This document shows, one piece after another, positions 1 to 11,115 of a DNA stretch of 64,000 bases. Origin of the DNA: Mobula hypostoma (taxonomy: Eukaryota); the NCBI RefSeq assembly GCF_963921235.1, contig NC_086114.1, positions 35,154,001-35,218,000 on the forward strand, read 5' to 3'. Each line of letters begins with the position of its first letter. The first letter of the stretch is position 1. Under the pieces are notes generated by a model, which did not search any database, was not told the DNA's origin, and worked only from the letters and a program-made list of their open reading frames with translations. A program made the position numbers and the translations under genes.

Positions 1-1226
1 TATATATCAATTGGAAATCAGTAAAGTTTCAGAAGGAGATGTATCTCCAATAAACTTCTAAAATGTGACAGAAAACCTTCATTCACAAATTCACTCCCAG
101 ATCTCCCATATTTGAGAAGTAGAGGACATACTAGGGAACATGGAGACCCGTAATCATATCCAAAAACTAAGGCTAATCCAATTGCAGTAACTGCAGAGAG
201 ATATCCAAATAGTCTGCTCTAAGGTAGTCATCACCAAGGTACTCCATAACTACCATCTCCCAGACAGTGAAGAGCTGCTCTCAGAATCATAGAGTGGATT
301 TCAACCATCTAAAGCACGATGGACTGAATATAGCAAAAACAGCAGTCTACTTCAAATATTAACTATGCATAGCAGTAAGGTATGATGGGAGATTCTGACA
401 TTGTCAAAATTACTATACTAACTAGAATCATATAGAACAAATAGAAGCTGCTCTGTTGATTACGTATGTGCCAATTAGTCTCACAATATTTCCCTTCTTA
501 AGTGTTTATCCTTTGAAAGTTACAATTGATTTTCGTCCACCTTCCTTCTAGACAGTGCTTTCTGGACCATTGTGTTTCAATGCAAAAGAAAATTAATCAC
601 CACTTTTTCTTTAAATCTATGTCTTCTGGTTGCTAATCATCCTGCTCATAACGACAGTTCATCTATGCTAATTTTGGGGCACAGAGATGTTAATAATTTC
701 CCTAATGCTATTTCGAAAAGTTCTAAAGAGATCACGAAAATCATTAGCCCTCGTTAAAAATCTACACTATTTGATCCCGAGTGTAACTCAGCTCTCTCAG
801 GAAGAGAACATGTTACTAGTTGAAGTCACTCAACCGTATTCTCAGGATATGTATGTCACCACAACACAATACAGGCAGCACTCTTCCAGCTAATGGGGAG
901 TGTTGAGAAGGAATGAATGAATACTCCAATGACGGGTGATGGCTGGCAGAGTTCTCCCAAGGGGACAGGGGAGCTGGACAGACTGTGGAAGAATCTAACG
1001 CAAAGGAAGCATCTTTCTTACTCAAGAGCAGTTTTGGCAGCAAGTTACCAAGAGAGATGTCTTTCCTCTCTGAAACCCACACTATAGGGACTCTTGAAAC
1101 ACAGCCAAATGTACCTGCTAGGTCCAAAAGCTAAAGATATATCAGCCAAAAATTGAAAGTTCCCCATCCCGATGGTTGAACTTTTCATCACTTCTATAAA
1201 GCAGCTGTTGGCAGCAAATGTTCATA

Positions 1227-1789
1227 CACTCAGTAGCCACTTTATTAAGTAGCTCCTGTACCCAACAAAGTGGTCACTAAGTTTATGTTTCCAGTGTTTC
1301 GTTGCTGTAGCCCATCCACTTCAAGGTTCAATACGTTCAGCTTTTTGTACACCACTGTTGTAACACATGCTTATTTGAGTCAGTGTTCCCTTTCTGTCAG
1401 CTCGAACCAGTCTGACTATTTTCCCCTCATCTCTCTCATTAACAAGGCATTTCCACCCACAGATCTGCCACTCACTGGATGGTGTTTTGGTGGGGGTGGG
1501 GGGGTGGAGTTCCTTTTGCACTCTTCTCTGTAAACTCTAGCGACTATTGTGTGTGAAGATCCCAAGATAACAACAGTTTCTGAGATACTCAAACCACCCT
1601 GTCTGGCACTAACAAATCATTTAGATCACATACCTTCCCCATTCTGATGTTTGGCCTGAACAACAACTGAACCTCTTGACCATGTCTGCATGCTTTTATG
1701 CATTGAATTGCTGCCACATGACTGATTAATTAGATACTTGCATTAATGAGCGGGTGTACAAGTGTACCTGATAAAATAGCTACTGAGTG
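1227..1789 (-). mobile_element. Tc1/mariner-family internally deleted DNA transposon
   Basis: Imperfect TIRs (CACTCAGTAGCCACTTTATTAAGTA ... TACCTGATAAAATAGCTACTGAGTG) flanked by TA on both sides (1225-1226, 1790-1791). Minus ORF 1321-1521 (GWKCLVNERDEGKIVRLVRADRKGTLTQI) resembles a Tc1 transposase N-terminal region. Confidence 0.85.
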
Positions 1790-2357
1790 TACTGTATGTG
1801 GCACTTATCAGCAGAAATATCCTTGGAGGTTCCTAGACAGAATGGGTATCTATGAAGCCTTGTAACTAAGATGTTCAGCGTCACCTAGTTTAGAATAGTT
1901 CTTCTATTATTAAGTCATTTCTCAACTTATGATTGTGAGGCCACTTCACTATTTTTTTCAATTTCTGGTCAGTAATATTGAAGAAGATACCTACTGAAAC
2001 CAGAGGTGCAATGGGCTTGGGAGGTAAGTTGAGTTTAGTGATTGCGCTACCAGTTTGAACAATTCACTTCAATTTGTTTTGAGGTGCTGCAGGGCACTCT
2101 TGTTATGAATGTAAGAGTTATTTGCCCAGACTTTTAATAATGGTGTCTTCAGTGCTAGTGAAAGCTGTGAGTAGTCGGTGTCAGCTATTGATTTCATTAG
2201 GTAAAGGTTGTTGAAAATCACTTGGTGACATGCTAGTGCGCTGCACTGCTGTTGACCCCATTTGGCTGACACTAGAAAATGGCATCAGGTACAAGAGATT
2301 AGGAGAATAGGCAGATGGAATAGAGTGTAGAGAAGTACGTTTTGATAGAAACAATAA

Positions 2358-3083
2358 AGACCATAAGACCATAAGACCATAAGACCATAAGACAAAGGAG
2401 CAGAAGTAGGCCATTCAGCCCATCGAGTCTGCTCCGCCATTTTATCATGAGCTGATCCATTCTCCTATTTAGTCCCACTCCCCCGCCTTCTCATTATAAC
2501 CTTTGATGCCCTGGCTACTCACATACCTATCAATCTCTGCCTTAAATACACCCACTGACTTGGCCTCCACCGCTGCCCGTGGCAACAAATTCCATAGATT
2601 CACCACCCTCTGACTAAAAAAATTTCTTCGCATTTCTGTTCTGAATGGGCGCCCTTCAATCCTGAAGTCATGCCCTCTCGTACTAGACTCCCCCATCATG
2701 GGAAACAACTTTGCCACATCAACTCTGTCCATGCCTTTCAACATTCGAAATGTTTCTGTGAGGTCTCCTCTCATTCTTCTAAACTCCAAGGAATACAGTC
2801 CAAGAGCGGACAAACGTTCCTCATATGTTAACCCTCTCATTCCCAGAATCATTCTAGTGAATCTTCTCTGTAACCTCTCCAACATCAACACATCCCTTCT
2901 TAAATAAGGAGACCAAAACTGCCCACAGTACTCCAAGTGGGGTCTCACCAGCGCCTTATAGAGCCTCAACATCACAACCCTGCTCCTATACTCTATTCCT
3001 CTAGAAATGAATGCCAACATTGCATTCGCCTTCTTCACTACTGACTCAACCTGGAGTTTAACTTTAAGGGTATCCTGTACAAG
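2358..3083 (-). mobile_element. CR1 LINE, 5'-truncated 3' end
   Basis: CR1 ORF2 C-terminus (VKKANAMLAFISRGIEY..LYKALVRPHLEYC..FWSP..RGH..FFSQRVVNLWN), 3' UTR and an octamer tail (CCATAAGA)x4 at 2361-2392. Confidence 0.92.
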
Positions 3084-4385
3084 ACGTAGAATATTTTCTA
3101 AACGTAGACTAAATTCAGAAATCAGAGGTGCAAAGAGACTTTCAAGTCCTAGTGCAGAATTCCCTAAAGGGTACCTTGCAGGTTGAGTCGATAATAAGGA
3201 AGGCAAATGCAATGTTACCCTTTCATTCCTGGGATCATTTTTGTGAACCTCCTCAGGACCCTCTCCAAATCCAGCACACCCTTCCATAGATATGGGGGCC
3301 AAAACTGCTCACAATGCTCCAAGTGCAATCTGACTAATGCCTTATAAATCTTCAGTATTACATCCTTCAGAATCAGATTTAACATCGCTGACATATGTTG
3401 TGAAATTTGTTGTTATCCAGCAGCAATATATTGCAATACATAATAAAAGATGTAAATTACAGTAAGTATATACTGTATGTAATGTATATTAAAAATGTTA
3501 AATTGAATAAGTGGTGCAGAAGGAGAGAGAGGATGTGGTGAAGTAGTGTTCGTGGGTTCAAAGACCATTCAGGAATCTGATGGCAAGGAGGATGAAGCTA
3601 TTCCTGAATCATTGAGTGTGTGCCTTCAGGCTCCTGTACTTCATCCTTGATGGTAGCAATGAGGAGAGCGATTGTCCTGGGTGATGGGGGTCCTTAATGA
3701 GAGATGCCGCCTTTTTGAGGCGTCGCTCCTTGAAGATGTCCTGGATGCTGGGGAGACTGGTGTCCATGATGGAGCTGGCTGAGCGATTTTGAGAGGACTA
3801 GAGTATAAAGGCAAATATTATTGCTTTTGTTCTGCATAATTATTGTTGGAAGAATTTCAGATGGTGATGAGAAGACATACAGGAGTGAGATAGATCAGTG
3901 GTGTCACAACCTTACACTCAATGTCAGTAAAACTGAAGAATTGATTGTGGACTCCAAAAAGGGCAAGATGAGGGAACATAGAGGGGTTAGAAGTGGAAAG
4001 AGTGAGCAATTTTAGATTCCTGGGTGTCAACATCTCTGACCACCCAACATATCAATGCAGTTATAAAGAAGGCAGGACAGCAGCTGTATTTCATTTGGAG
4101 TTTGAGGATATTTGTTATGTCACCAAAGACACTTGGCAAATTTCAAACGAGAGAAAATCTGCAGATGCTGGAAATCCAGGCAACACACACAAAATGCTGG
4201 AGGTACTCAGCAGGCCAGGCAGCATTGATGGAAAAGAGAACAGTCAGCGTTTCAGGACGTTACACATGTCACCGAGAGCAGTCTAACTGACTGCATTTCT
4301 GTTTGGTGTGGGGGTCCACCGCAACGGATCGAAATAAACTGCAGACAGTTGTGAACTCAGTCAGCTCGATCATGGGCACTAGCCT
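3084..4385. mobile_element. Scrambled mosaic of older CR1 and Rex1/Babar-like LINE fragments in both orientations, plus a Penelope-terminus fragment (~4147-4255)
   Basis: CR1 pieces on + (3084-3217, ~3783-3815) and - (~3216-3367). RT fragment IIVGRISDGDEKTYRSEI..LNVSKTEELIVD on +. ATGCTGGAGGTACTCAGCAGGCCAGGCAGC repeat motif. Confidence 0.7.
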
Positions 4386-5142
4386 TCATTTGAAAGTAAA
4401 TTTTCAAATTCAGGCTATATCGGGGATGTATTTATTTCAATATTTTAATATGTAATTGGGAATTAAATGAGCACTGTATTAAACCAACAACCAATGCGTA
4501 TACTCTGTATTTCTAATTTGAAAATAAGCCTTATTCATAATAAATAGACACACAACATCAATAAACGCACGCAATGCAAAGTTCTTCACATTCTTAGTAT
4601 TACTGGTTCATTTTTTAAACTTTCAAAACTGAGCTTTATTCATCATAAAAATGCACACAAAATAAAACACTGTGCAAAACCTTTTGCATCCTAGTCAATG
4701 CATTCAGTAGTGTTATCACTGGTTTGCAGCTGAGGTGCTGAGGGTAACAAGTGGCACCTTGAGACAAGTAGGGAAACCTGTCACGCAATACGCTTTCATC
4801 TCGATACGAATCGATTTTATTCCGAATGACTGTAAATTGCCTAGTAACTTATTTCAATTTTGCTTTATGCAAGAGTGCTATGTAGCAGCTTCACGGCGTG
4901 TCTATCGCTTTCTGCACTTCTGAAGCTTCATTACAATAAAACATCGAAACTCAGGAGTAACACTGAATAATTCCACAGTTGTATAGACAAAGGGATCACT
5001 GTAGAACACAGAAAATACAAGTATAACTTCTGCTGCTTTACAAATCTAATTACAACCTGTCATATTGAAAGGGCAGAATTAGTAAAATAATGACTTTCTG
5101 TGTGTCTGGGACGGTATGTGGGTGATGCGCATGGAATGGTTC

Positions 5143-5149
5143 TATATAA
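5143..5149 (+). promoter_or_regulatory. TATA box of nodal
   Basis: TATATAA starting 42 nt upstream of the nodal ATG (5185), at the edge of a CpG-rich exon 1. Confidence 0.7.
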
Positions 5150-5184
5150 GGAGTGCGCGGTCGCACACATCGAGCCCAGTCGAC

Positions 5185-5476
5185 ATGCAATTCCGAACCA
5201 CAGTGTTTCTGCTGGCCATTATCCCAGTGATCCTGGGAAACACAAGGGGCAACAGGACGTGGCGTTTGTTGGAAACCAAACCAGGCCCCCCGCCGACCCA
5301 AAAGGAAGTAGCCGAATTCATCCAGCGCTTGGAGGCTCGAAACGTCAGCCTGAATCTCCCCTCGCATATGATCAACCTGTACCGCAGTTACAACTCGGGG
5401 AACTACACCGGTCTCTCCACTCACGAAAGGCCAGTGTTACCGGAAGTGGACACCGTACGGAGCCTGGTTGCAAAGA
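5185..5476 (+). CDS. nodal: Nodal (TGF-beta family ligand) exon 1 of join(5185-5476,9513-10294,15964-16116), 408 aa
   Basis: Signal peptide MQFRTTVFLLAIIPVILG. Nodal-type prodomain motifs LPSHMINLYR and DTVRSLVAK. Phase-1 donor A|GTAAAG is in frame with exon 2. Confidence 0.9.
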
Positions 5477-5590
5477 GTAAAGTATCTATGTTATGTCACT
5501 TGATTCTATGACTCCATGGTCTGAGAGAAGTCGGTTTCTGTTTCAGTCGCCTCTCTCAAATCTGTTTCCCAGACGCAGGCAATCTGGTCC

Positions 5591-5700
5591 AATCCACATT
5601 CACGATTTGATTGCTTTGAACAGCGATTGCTCAAGGCAAAACTTTTTCAATCTGTCTGCACTGTGGACAAATTCCCAGGACTGGCGTTCCCTAATACACA
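5591..5700. promoter_or_regulatory. Putative FoxH1-dependent intron-1 autoregulatory/asymmetric enhancer (ASE-like)
   Basis: AATCCACA (5591-5598) and AATACACA (5693-5700) both match the FoxH1 consensus TGT(G/T)(G/T)ATT on the reverse strand. Nearby Smad-type AGAC/GTCT boxes. Intron-1 position matches the known vertebrate Nodal ASE. Confidence 0.7.
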
Positions 5701-6532
5701 TTCTGACGAAGATTGCTAACTAATTCCAGGTCTTTTATTTGTTCTCCACATCCATCTCTTAAAACGCAAAGCTTTTCAAACCGTGCTTTTAAAAAGAAAA
5801 TCTGCAGCGCCATTCAGACGCTGTGTCGTTGAAGGGCTTTTGAAGTTTTGTCTCTGGTTTGCGGTTCTCAAGACTGCAAAGTATTGAGGACAGTAAAGCG
5901 GGAATCAGCCTGTCTGATGTTCATCTAATTATAATATAGATAGTTTGTTGGAGAATTTCATGTTTTATATCGCAGTAAACCTGGAGACTACAATGTTATT
6001 TATCCAAATTTCTTTCGTGAATAAGTCTTAGATTTTCTTCCACCGGCTCCCTCCACGCGTGAATCCCTTATCCGTTCTAATAATTTTATCTTTCAAACCA
6101 GGCAGTTGCATGAATATTTGATAGAGTATTGGGTTATTGTTGGATTGGACTGGGCAATTTTGACTTGGGAAGTGTGTTGGCTTCAGGAGTTCTGCACTAT
6201 TAGTCATGTTAATGAGGAAATTGAACTCCTTTATAATATTACTTCAGTATCTATGTTAAGAGCGAGAGAAGAGAACAAAATACTTTACAAGCAACTCTAA
6301 TTACTGGCGGAGACTCAGGCAATAAATTGAGAAGGAATTATTCTATTGCTTTTTATATACATTATCTGTACAATGTTTTATCTGTACGATTCGTTGTCTT
6401 CAAATATTTGGATGATCTTGCTGCAGTGGCCATTATCAACTCATACTGTAAAATGTTTCTCAATGCAGACACAAGAGCTGCCAATCGCTCAGTCTGTGCC
6501 TGGTCTCGCTGACATAGAGCAGGCCACAAATG

Positions 6533-6603
6533 TTTGAATGCTTGAATTAGTGATTTGAGGGAGAAACTTTTGAATGCTTGAATTAGTGATTTGAGGGAGA
6601 AAC
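6533..6603. repeat. Perfect tandem duplication, 36-bp period
   Basis: TTTGAATGCTTGAATTAGTGATTTGAGGGAGAAAC occurs at 6533-6567 and 6569-6603. Confidence 0.95.
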
Positions 6604-7899
6604 CCGTCCACCCCATCACACCCCATGATGAAGATAAAACTGACATCGTTTTTTCATTCATTCTACGGATAGTTCAATACTGAAATAGTGGCTATTAACC
6701 GTTAGACAAGTGTTGAGTTGAAGGATGGAACAATTTTAATCTTTGTTCCGTGTTTTTAATGTTCCCTTTGTTCTTTCATTGAGCTTATGCAGAACATGCT
6801 TAGAGGTTACAAACCGCTGTACAGAAAGATGGATGAATAAACAGAGGATACAGGTGGAGAGGTCACATGTTTAAAACTTACATCTTAACGCCCTGAATGA
6901 AAATTTATTTTAACTATCGATTGCCTTTTTTGATGGACAATAGAAATGCAGATTATCAGAAACATGGTCTCTTTTCACAAATGCATCAATTGAATAGGCA
7001 AACACCAATCCTTTTAATTGTACAGGAATATCTCAATTCGCTTTACTCCAGTCTCTACACGGCTGGGAGGATGTTCTGATGTTCTCGTCAATAAAAGATT
7101 AATCGAACATGGTCGGTATTTGATGCCCTTCTGTTAGGCAGTGTAGAATTAGGAACGGTCATCATCGGAATCAGAATCAGAGTTATTGTCACTGACATGT
7201 CGTGAAAGTTGTTGTTTTGCGGCAGTAGTACAGCGCAATACATAACAATTATAGGTTACAGTAAGAAATACATAAAAGTAGATACGTAATGCAAAGGAGA
7301 GCCGAATGGTGAGGAAGTGCTCATGGCTTTATGGCGGAGCTGTTCCCAAATCGTTGAGAGTGTGTCTTACTTAACCGAAATTTACTCAATATTGTGAGTC
7401 TTTCTATCCCAGGTTAAAATGTGGATGTAGCGTTAGTGCTCCAAGGCAAAACACATGTTTATACTAAAATAAACAGAGAAAATGATGGAAACACATACCC
7501 GTTCAACAAGCAAGTGGAAGGGTTTTTTTCCCCTTTCCACAACTGCTGCCTTACGGATTATTTCTAATATTTTCTGATTTTAATTTTTGGGTTCCAACAT
7601 CAGCAGTTTTTAAGAAAATTGAGATTTGCAACCATTATTCTATAACATATTGATCTTAACCGTTTGCATTGGGGGTGGTATGAAGTCGACTGCCTGTCAA
7701 ATATACCGTTCATTGACGTTAATGAAAATTGGACGGTAATTGCATTGTTCCTACTTCTGCTGGGGGATACTGAGCTCCTCTCAGATAATTTCCTAAATTC
7801 AAGATCGCTTCTGTCTGGCTTCATTTCAGCGAACGGCGCTAAAATCAACTGGGCCAAAGCAGTCAGTATAATTTGTCATAACCATGACTGGGTAATTTT

Positions 7900-8300
7900 T
7901 TAAAATTTCAAAATATACTTTATTCAAAAATATAATACCCCATTCAATAACTTTCCATCCTTTACATACGTTCCCATTATAGTCAGTACATATCCGTACT
8001 TATGGCCACCTACGTGGCACTCCAGTTGTTCACCTTACCGCATCATTGTTGAGGGGTATACTCCCCGCCACCCGACCCCTCCCACTCCCACGGGTGGAGA
8101 AACCTATACTGTGGTCCTTCCCCACCGGGCCCTTGCGGTGGCTGCACCGAGTTTCAGTGCATCCCTCAGCACGTACTCCTGCAGCCGAGAATGTGCCACT
8201 CGGCAGCATTCTCTCACGGACATCTCCATGTGCTGGTAGATCATCAAGTTTCAGGCCGACCGAAGAGCGTCTTTCACCGAGTTGATGATCTGCCATCAGA
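7900..8300 (-). mobile_element. L1/Tx1-like LINE 3' fragment
   Basis: Minus strand reads WQIINSVKDALRSA*NLMIYQHMEMSVRECCRVAHSRLQEYVLRDALKLG, resembling a Tx1 ORF2 C-terminus. Related copy at ~43810-44135. Confidence 0.65.
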
Positions 8301-8924
8301 CTGGGTGATACACCCTTAACCTGCTCTTCCCATTCTCCTACTCCAGCTCCAAAACAAAGGAACATGAATTCTTAAATAGCGCCTTTTGTGCCTTCAGCGT
8401 GGCTGGAGCTGTTGTCATTGTTGTGATGTAGACATTTTCACGAAATGCAATCTAGTAACGCCAAAATATCTAGTTTAGTTATGTGGTTGAGGAATCAATA
8501 CTGGTCAGAAAATTGTTCTATCATCGCCGTGTCTTCTTTTAAACCCAAATGAGCAGAGTCTAACTGGTAGTTTAACTTCGCACCTTCGATTGTGTCACTT
8601 CCTGTGGTGCTGTGCTGTGCTGTGCGAGGTGCTAACCCAAGCCTTGCCCTATCACTCAAAGTGGTCGAAGCAATTCCACGAAGCTGAGCAGAAAAATGTC
8701 CTGATCACCGATGGGTCCAAAACCTCTGGAAGTTAATGTCCTGAGCGAAGTTGATAAAACGCGTTCGGGTCATTTTTGATGTTTTTGAACTTTAAAAAAA
8801 CATTGTCCCAATGAGACGATTTAAAGTTTATAACAGTATTTTTCTCTATTCCTGAAATTTCAAACGAAATGGTCACAGTGTGAAGACGCAGGGAACTGTA
8901 GGTGCTTGAATCCGGTGCAGCAAC

Positions 8925-9077
8925 CTGCTGGAAGAGCTCGGCGGGTCAAATAGCATCCATGGAAGGAAAAGAGTTTTCAACGTTTCGGGAGACCCCAGTT
9001 CGCGGTCTCAACCTGAAATGTCAATATTTCCTTTCCTCCCACAGGATGCTGCTCAACCCAATGAGCTCCTCCAGCAG
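8925..9077. repeat. Palindromic (fold-back) element derived from Penelope termini
   Basis: Arm CTGCTGGAAGAGCTC..AGCATCC..GGAAGGAAA is an imperfect inverted repeat of TTTCCTCCC..GGATGCT..GAGCTCCTCCAGCAG. Same motif family as the Penelope ends at 14436 and 56360. Confidence 0.7.
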
Positions 9078-9512
9078 ATTGTTTTGGTCACAACGTGAAA
9101 ATGGATAGTATGATAATCACCCTGTGGACATTGTCGTGTCCTGCCACATACATTTTAACTGTGCTTAATGTGTCAATCCCTCACTTCTTCCCTTCCTCTC
9201 CCGTAAATGCTGACGAATGTTAGATTATAATATTAGACCCTATTCCCTCTTCACCATGTAGAGCCCAGGATATTAAACCACTAATCTTTTTCTTGCCTAG
9301 TCTTCAAACTTGCCAGCAGGTGTCACTAGGTAGGAATCAGGAAACTCTCGTTGACACCCGCTCCAAATATACCAATTGTTGTCCTCACCACTTCACAGTG
9401 TCTGCAGCAGGCCTAGGTATTGGATGCCAGGGTTCTCGGTTCATCTTGGGTAGCAGGCACGATGATTGTCACGCCTGACTGATTTAATATCCTTGTTGTT
9501 CGCCTTCCTCAG

Positions 9513-10294
9513 GTTTCCGTCACAATGGGAGCCGGTGGATTGTCACCTTTGACATGTCCACACTTGCACCCGACGAGAAGCTTCAGTTCGCGGAGTTAAG
9601 GATCACCTTGCCTGCCTTTGCCGAATCCTGTTCGCTCTTGGAAATCCACCACCAGTCTCGATACCCGTGTGGCTCCGCTGTCTGCCAAGACCAGTTTTTC
9701 TTGGGATCCTTTCCTCCTGATTTAGTGCTGGAGGACACGGAGGAGTGCGCCGTTTACAACGTTACCAACATCTTGCAACACTGGATGAATCGCAACACGT
9801 CTGGCTCTGGTGGTGGACAGGGTGGAGCGCAGCGCCCAGAGGCTGAGAGCCTGGTCTGCAAGAGGAAGCGGTCGCTGCCTGAAGTCAACGTGAGGGGCAA
9901 GCTGGAGAGGAAGGAGATGGCCTTGCTGTTGGTTTTCTCCCGGAGACCTGAGCAGAATTGCTCAGAGAGCTCTTCCCTTCTGAAAGATGCAAAGGGCTCC
10001 AAGCGAGTGCGGAAGCCCCGAAGAAAGAAGAGTCGTCGGCTAAAACAGAACAGAAAGAAAGGCCGGGGTAGAGCTGGGCGCAGTGGAACCCCCAAGTATC
10101 GACGCCCCCGGCACCACATTAAGGGAAACAACTCGACCCTTTGTCGGAGGATCAAGTTTGAAATTAAATTTGGTAAGATCGGCTGGGGCGCCTGGGTCAT
10201 CTTCCCTAAAGTGTACAATGCTTTTCGCTGCGAAGGAGAGTGCCCGCTTCCAACTGGGGAGGATGTTAAACCCACCAATCATGCTTACATGCAG
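9513..10294 (+). CDS. nodal: Nodal exon 2 (prodomain, cleavage site, first half of mature domain)
   Basis: Acceptor CCTTCCTCAG|. Reads FRHNGSRWIVTFDMSTLAPDEKLQFAELRI...RRPR/HH...LCRR...IGWGAWVIFPKVYNAFRCEGECP...PTNHAYMQ. Phase-0 donor CAG|GTAGGG. Confidence 0.96.
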
Positions 10295-11115
10295 GTAGGG
10301 TTCTTAATGTCACCGAGGTAAATATCAATTCTTGGACTTTTGCTGCTTTTAATGACTGTTCAAAGAGTTTGTTGTTGCAAAAGGCCTACATTCAATCTTG
10401 GTTGAACACAAGAGTTTAGCACAAAGTATCTGCACAATTCTGGTCTTCATCTTGAAGCCCAAGGCCAGATCAGCCATGATATAATTGAATGGTGAAACAG
10501 GCGAGACTGGCCGGATGGTTTAATCAAGCTTCTATTTCCTTAATTCTCATGCCAGTCAGTAAAAGACACTGGAGGAAGTGCAAGATTTACTAGGGGCACC
10601 TGTAATGAGACATTAAAGGTATTCAAAACAAGAACTGAGCAGCTTTGAACTCTTTCCTTTGAAAAGAAATGGCAAGGGTAACCTACAGGACTTCTTCAAA
10701 ATTCTGAAGTACTTTGATAGGACAGGTGTAAACATATAGTGAGAATTTAAAACTTGAGATCAAAGTATATGATAATCACTAACGTCCAATAAGATATTTA
10801 GAAGAGACTTTATTTAGTGTAGCTATACCACAGAAGAAGCACTTATACTACAAGTGCACTTAAATAAAAAGAATAGATGCATTAGAAGGGAGACAGATTA
10901 ATGTAGAAAGGGACAGAATTCACTGGAAACATAAACTTTGCATGGCTTATTAGGTCAAATAACACCTTTCTATCCTCTAATTTCCATGTTAATATAAGTC
11001 TTGGAGAGCCATGAAGCAAATAAATGAAATCCATTTGTCCTGGTGAGTTTGCACAGAGGTTTTGCATAATCAAATTAATCTTACTCCATCCTCAGCCCTC
11101 TTCCTTTCTCATGAG

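Noticed and set aside
816-1133. ORF 816-1127 (-) and an overlapping open + frame
   Set aside because: No recognisable domain or convincing splice-site pair; cannot be supported as an exon.
2469-3302. 277-aa ORF as a gene
   Set aside because: Chimeric read-through: only the C-terminal ~200 aa is CR1 ORF2, and the N-terminus comes from adjacent fragments read in other frames or orientation.
5116-5184. Upstream in-frame ATGs extending Nodal
   Set aside because: They lie upstream of the TATA box (5143). The ATG at 5185 directly opens the signal peptide.
9754-10278. 174-aa antisense ORF over nodal exon 2 (also the 258-aa antisense ORF at 37734-38510 over CR1)
   Set aside because: Shadow ORFs on the opposite strand of real coding sequence; no independent evidence.
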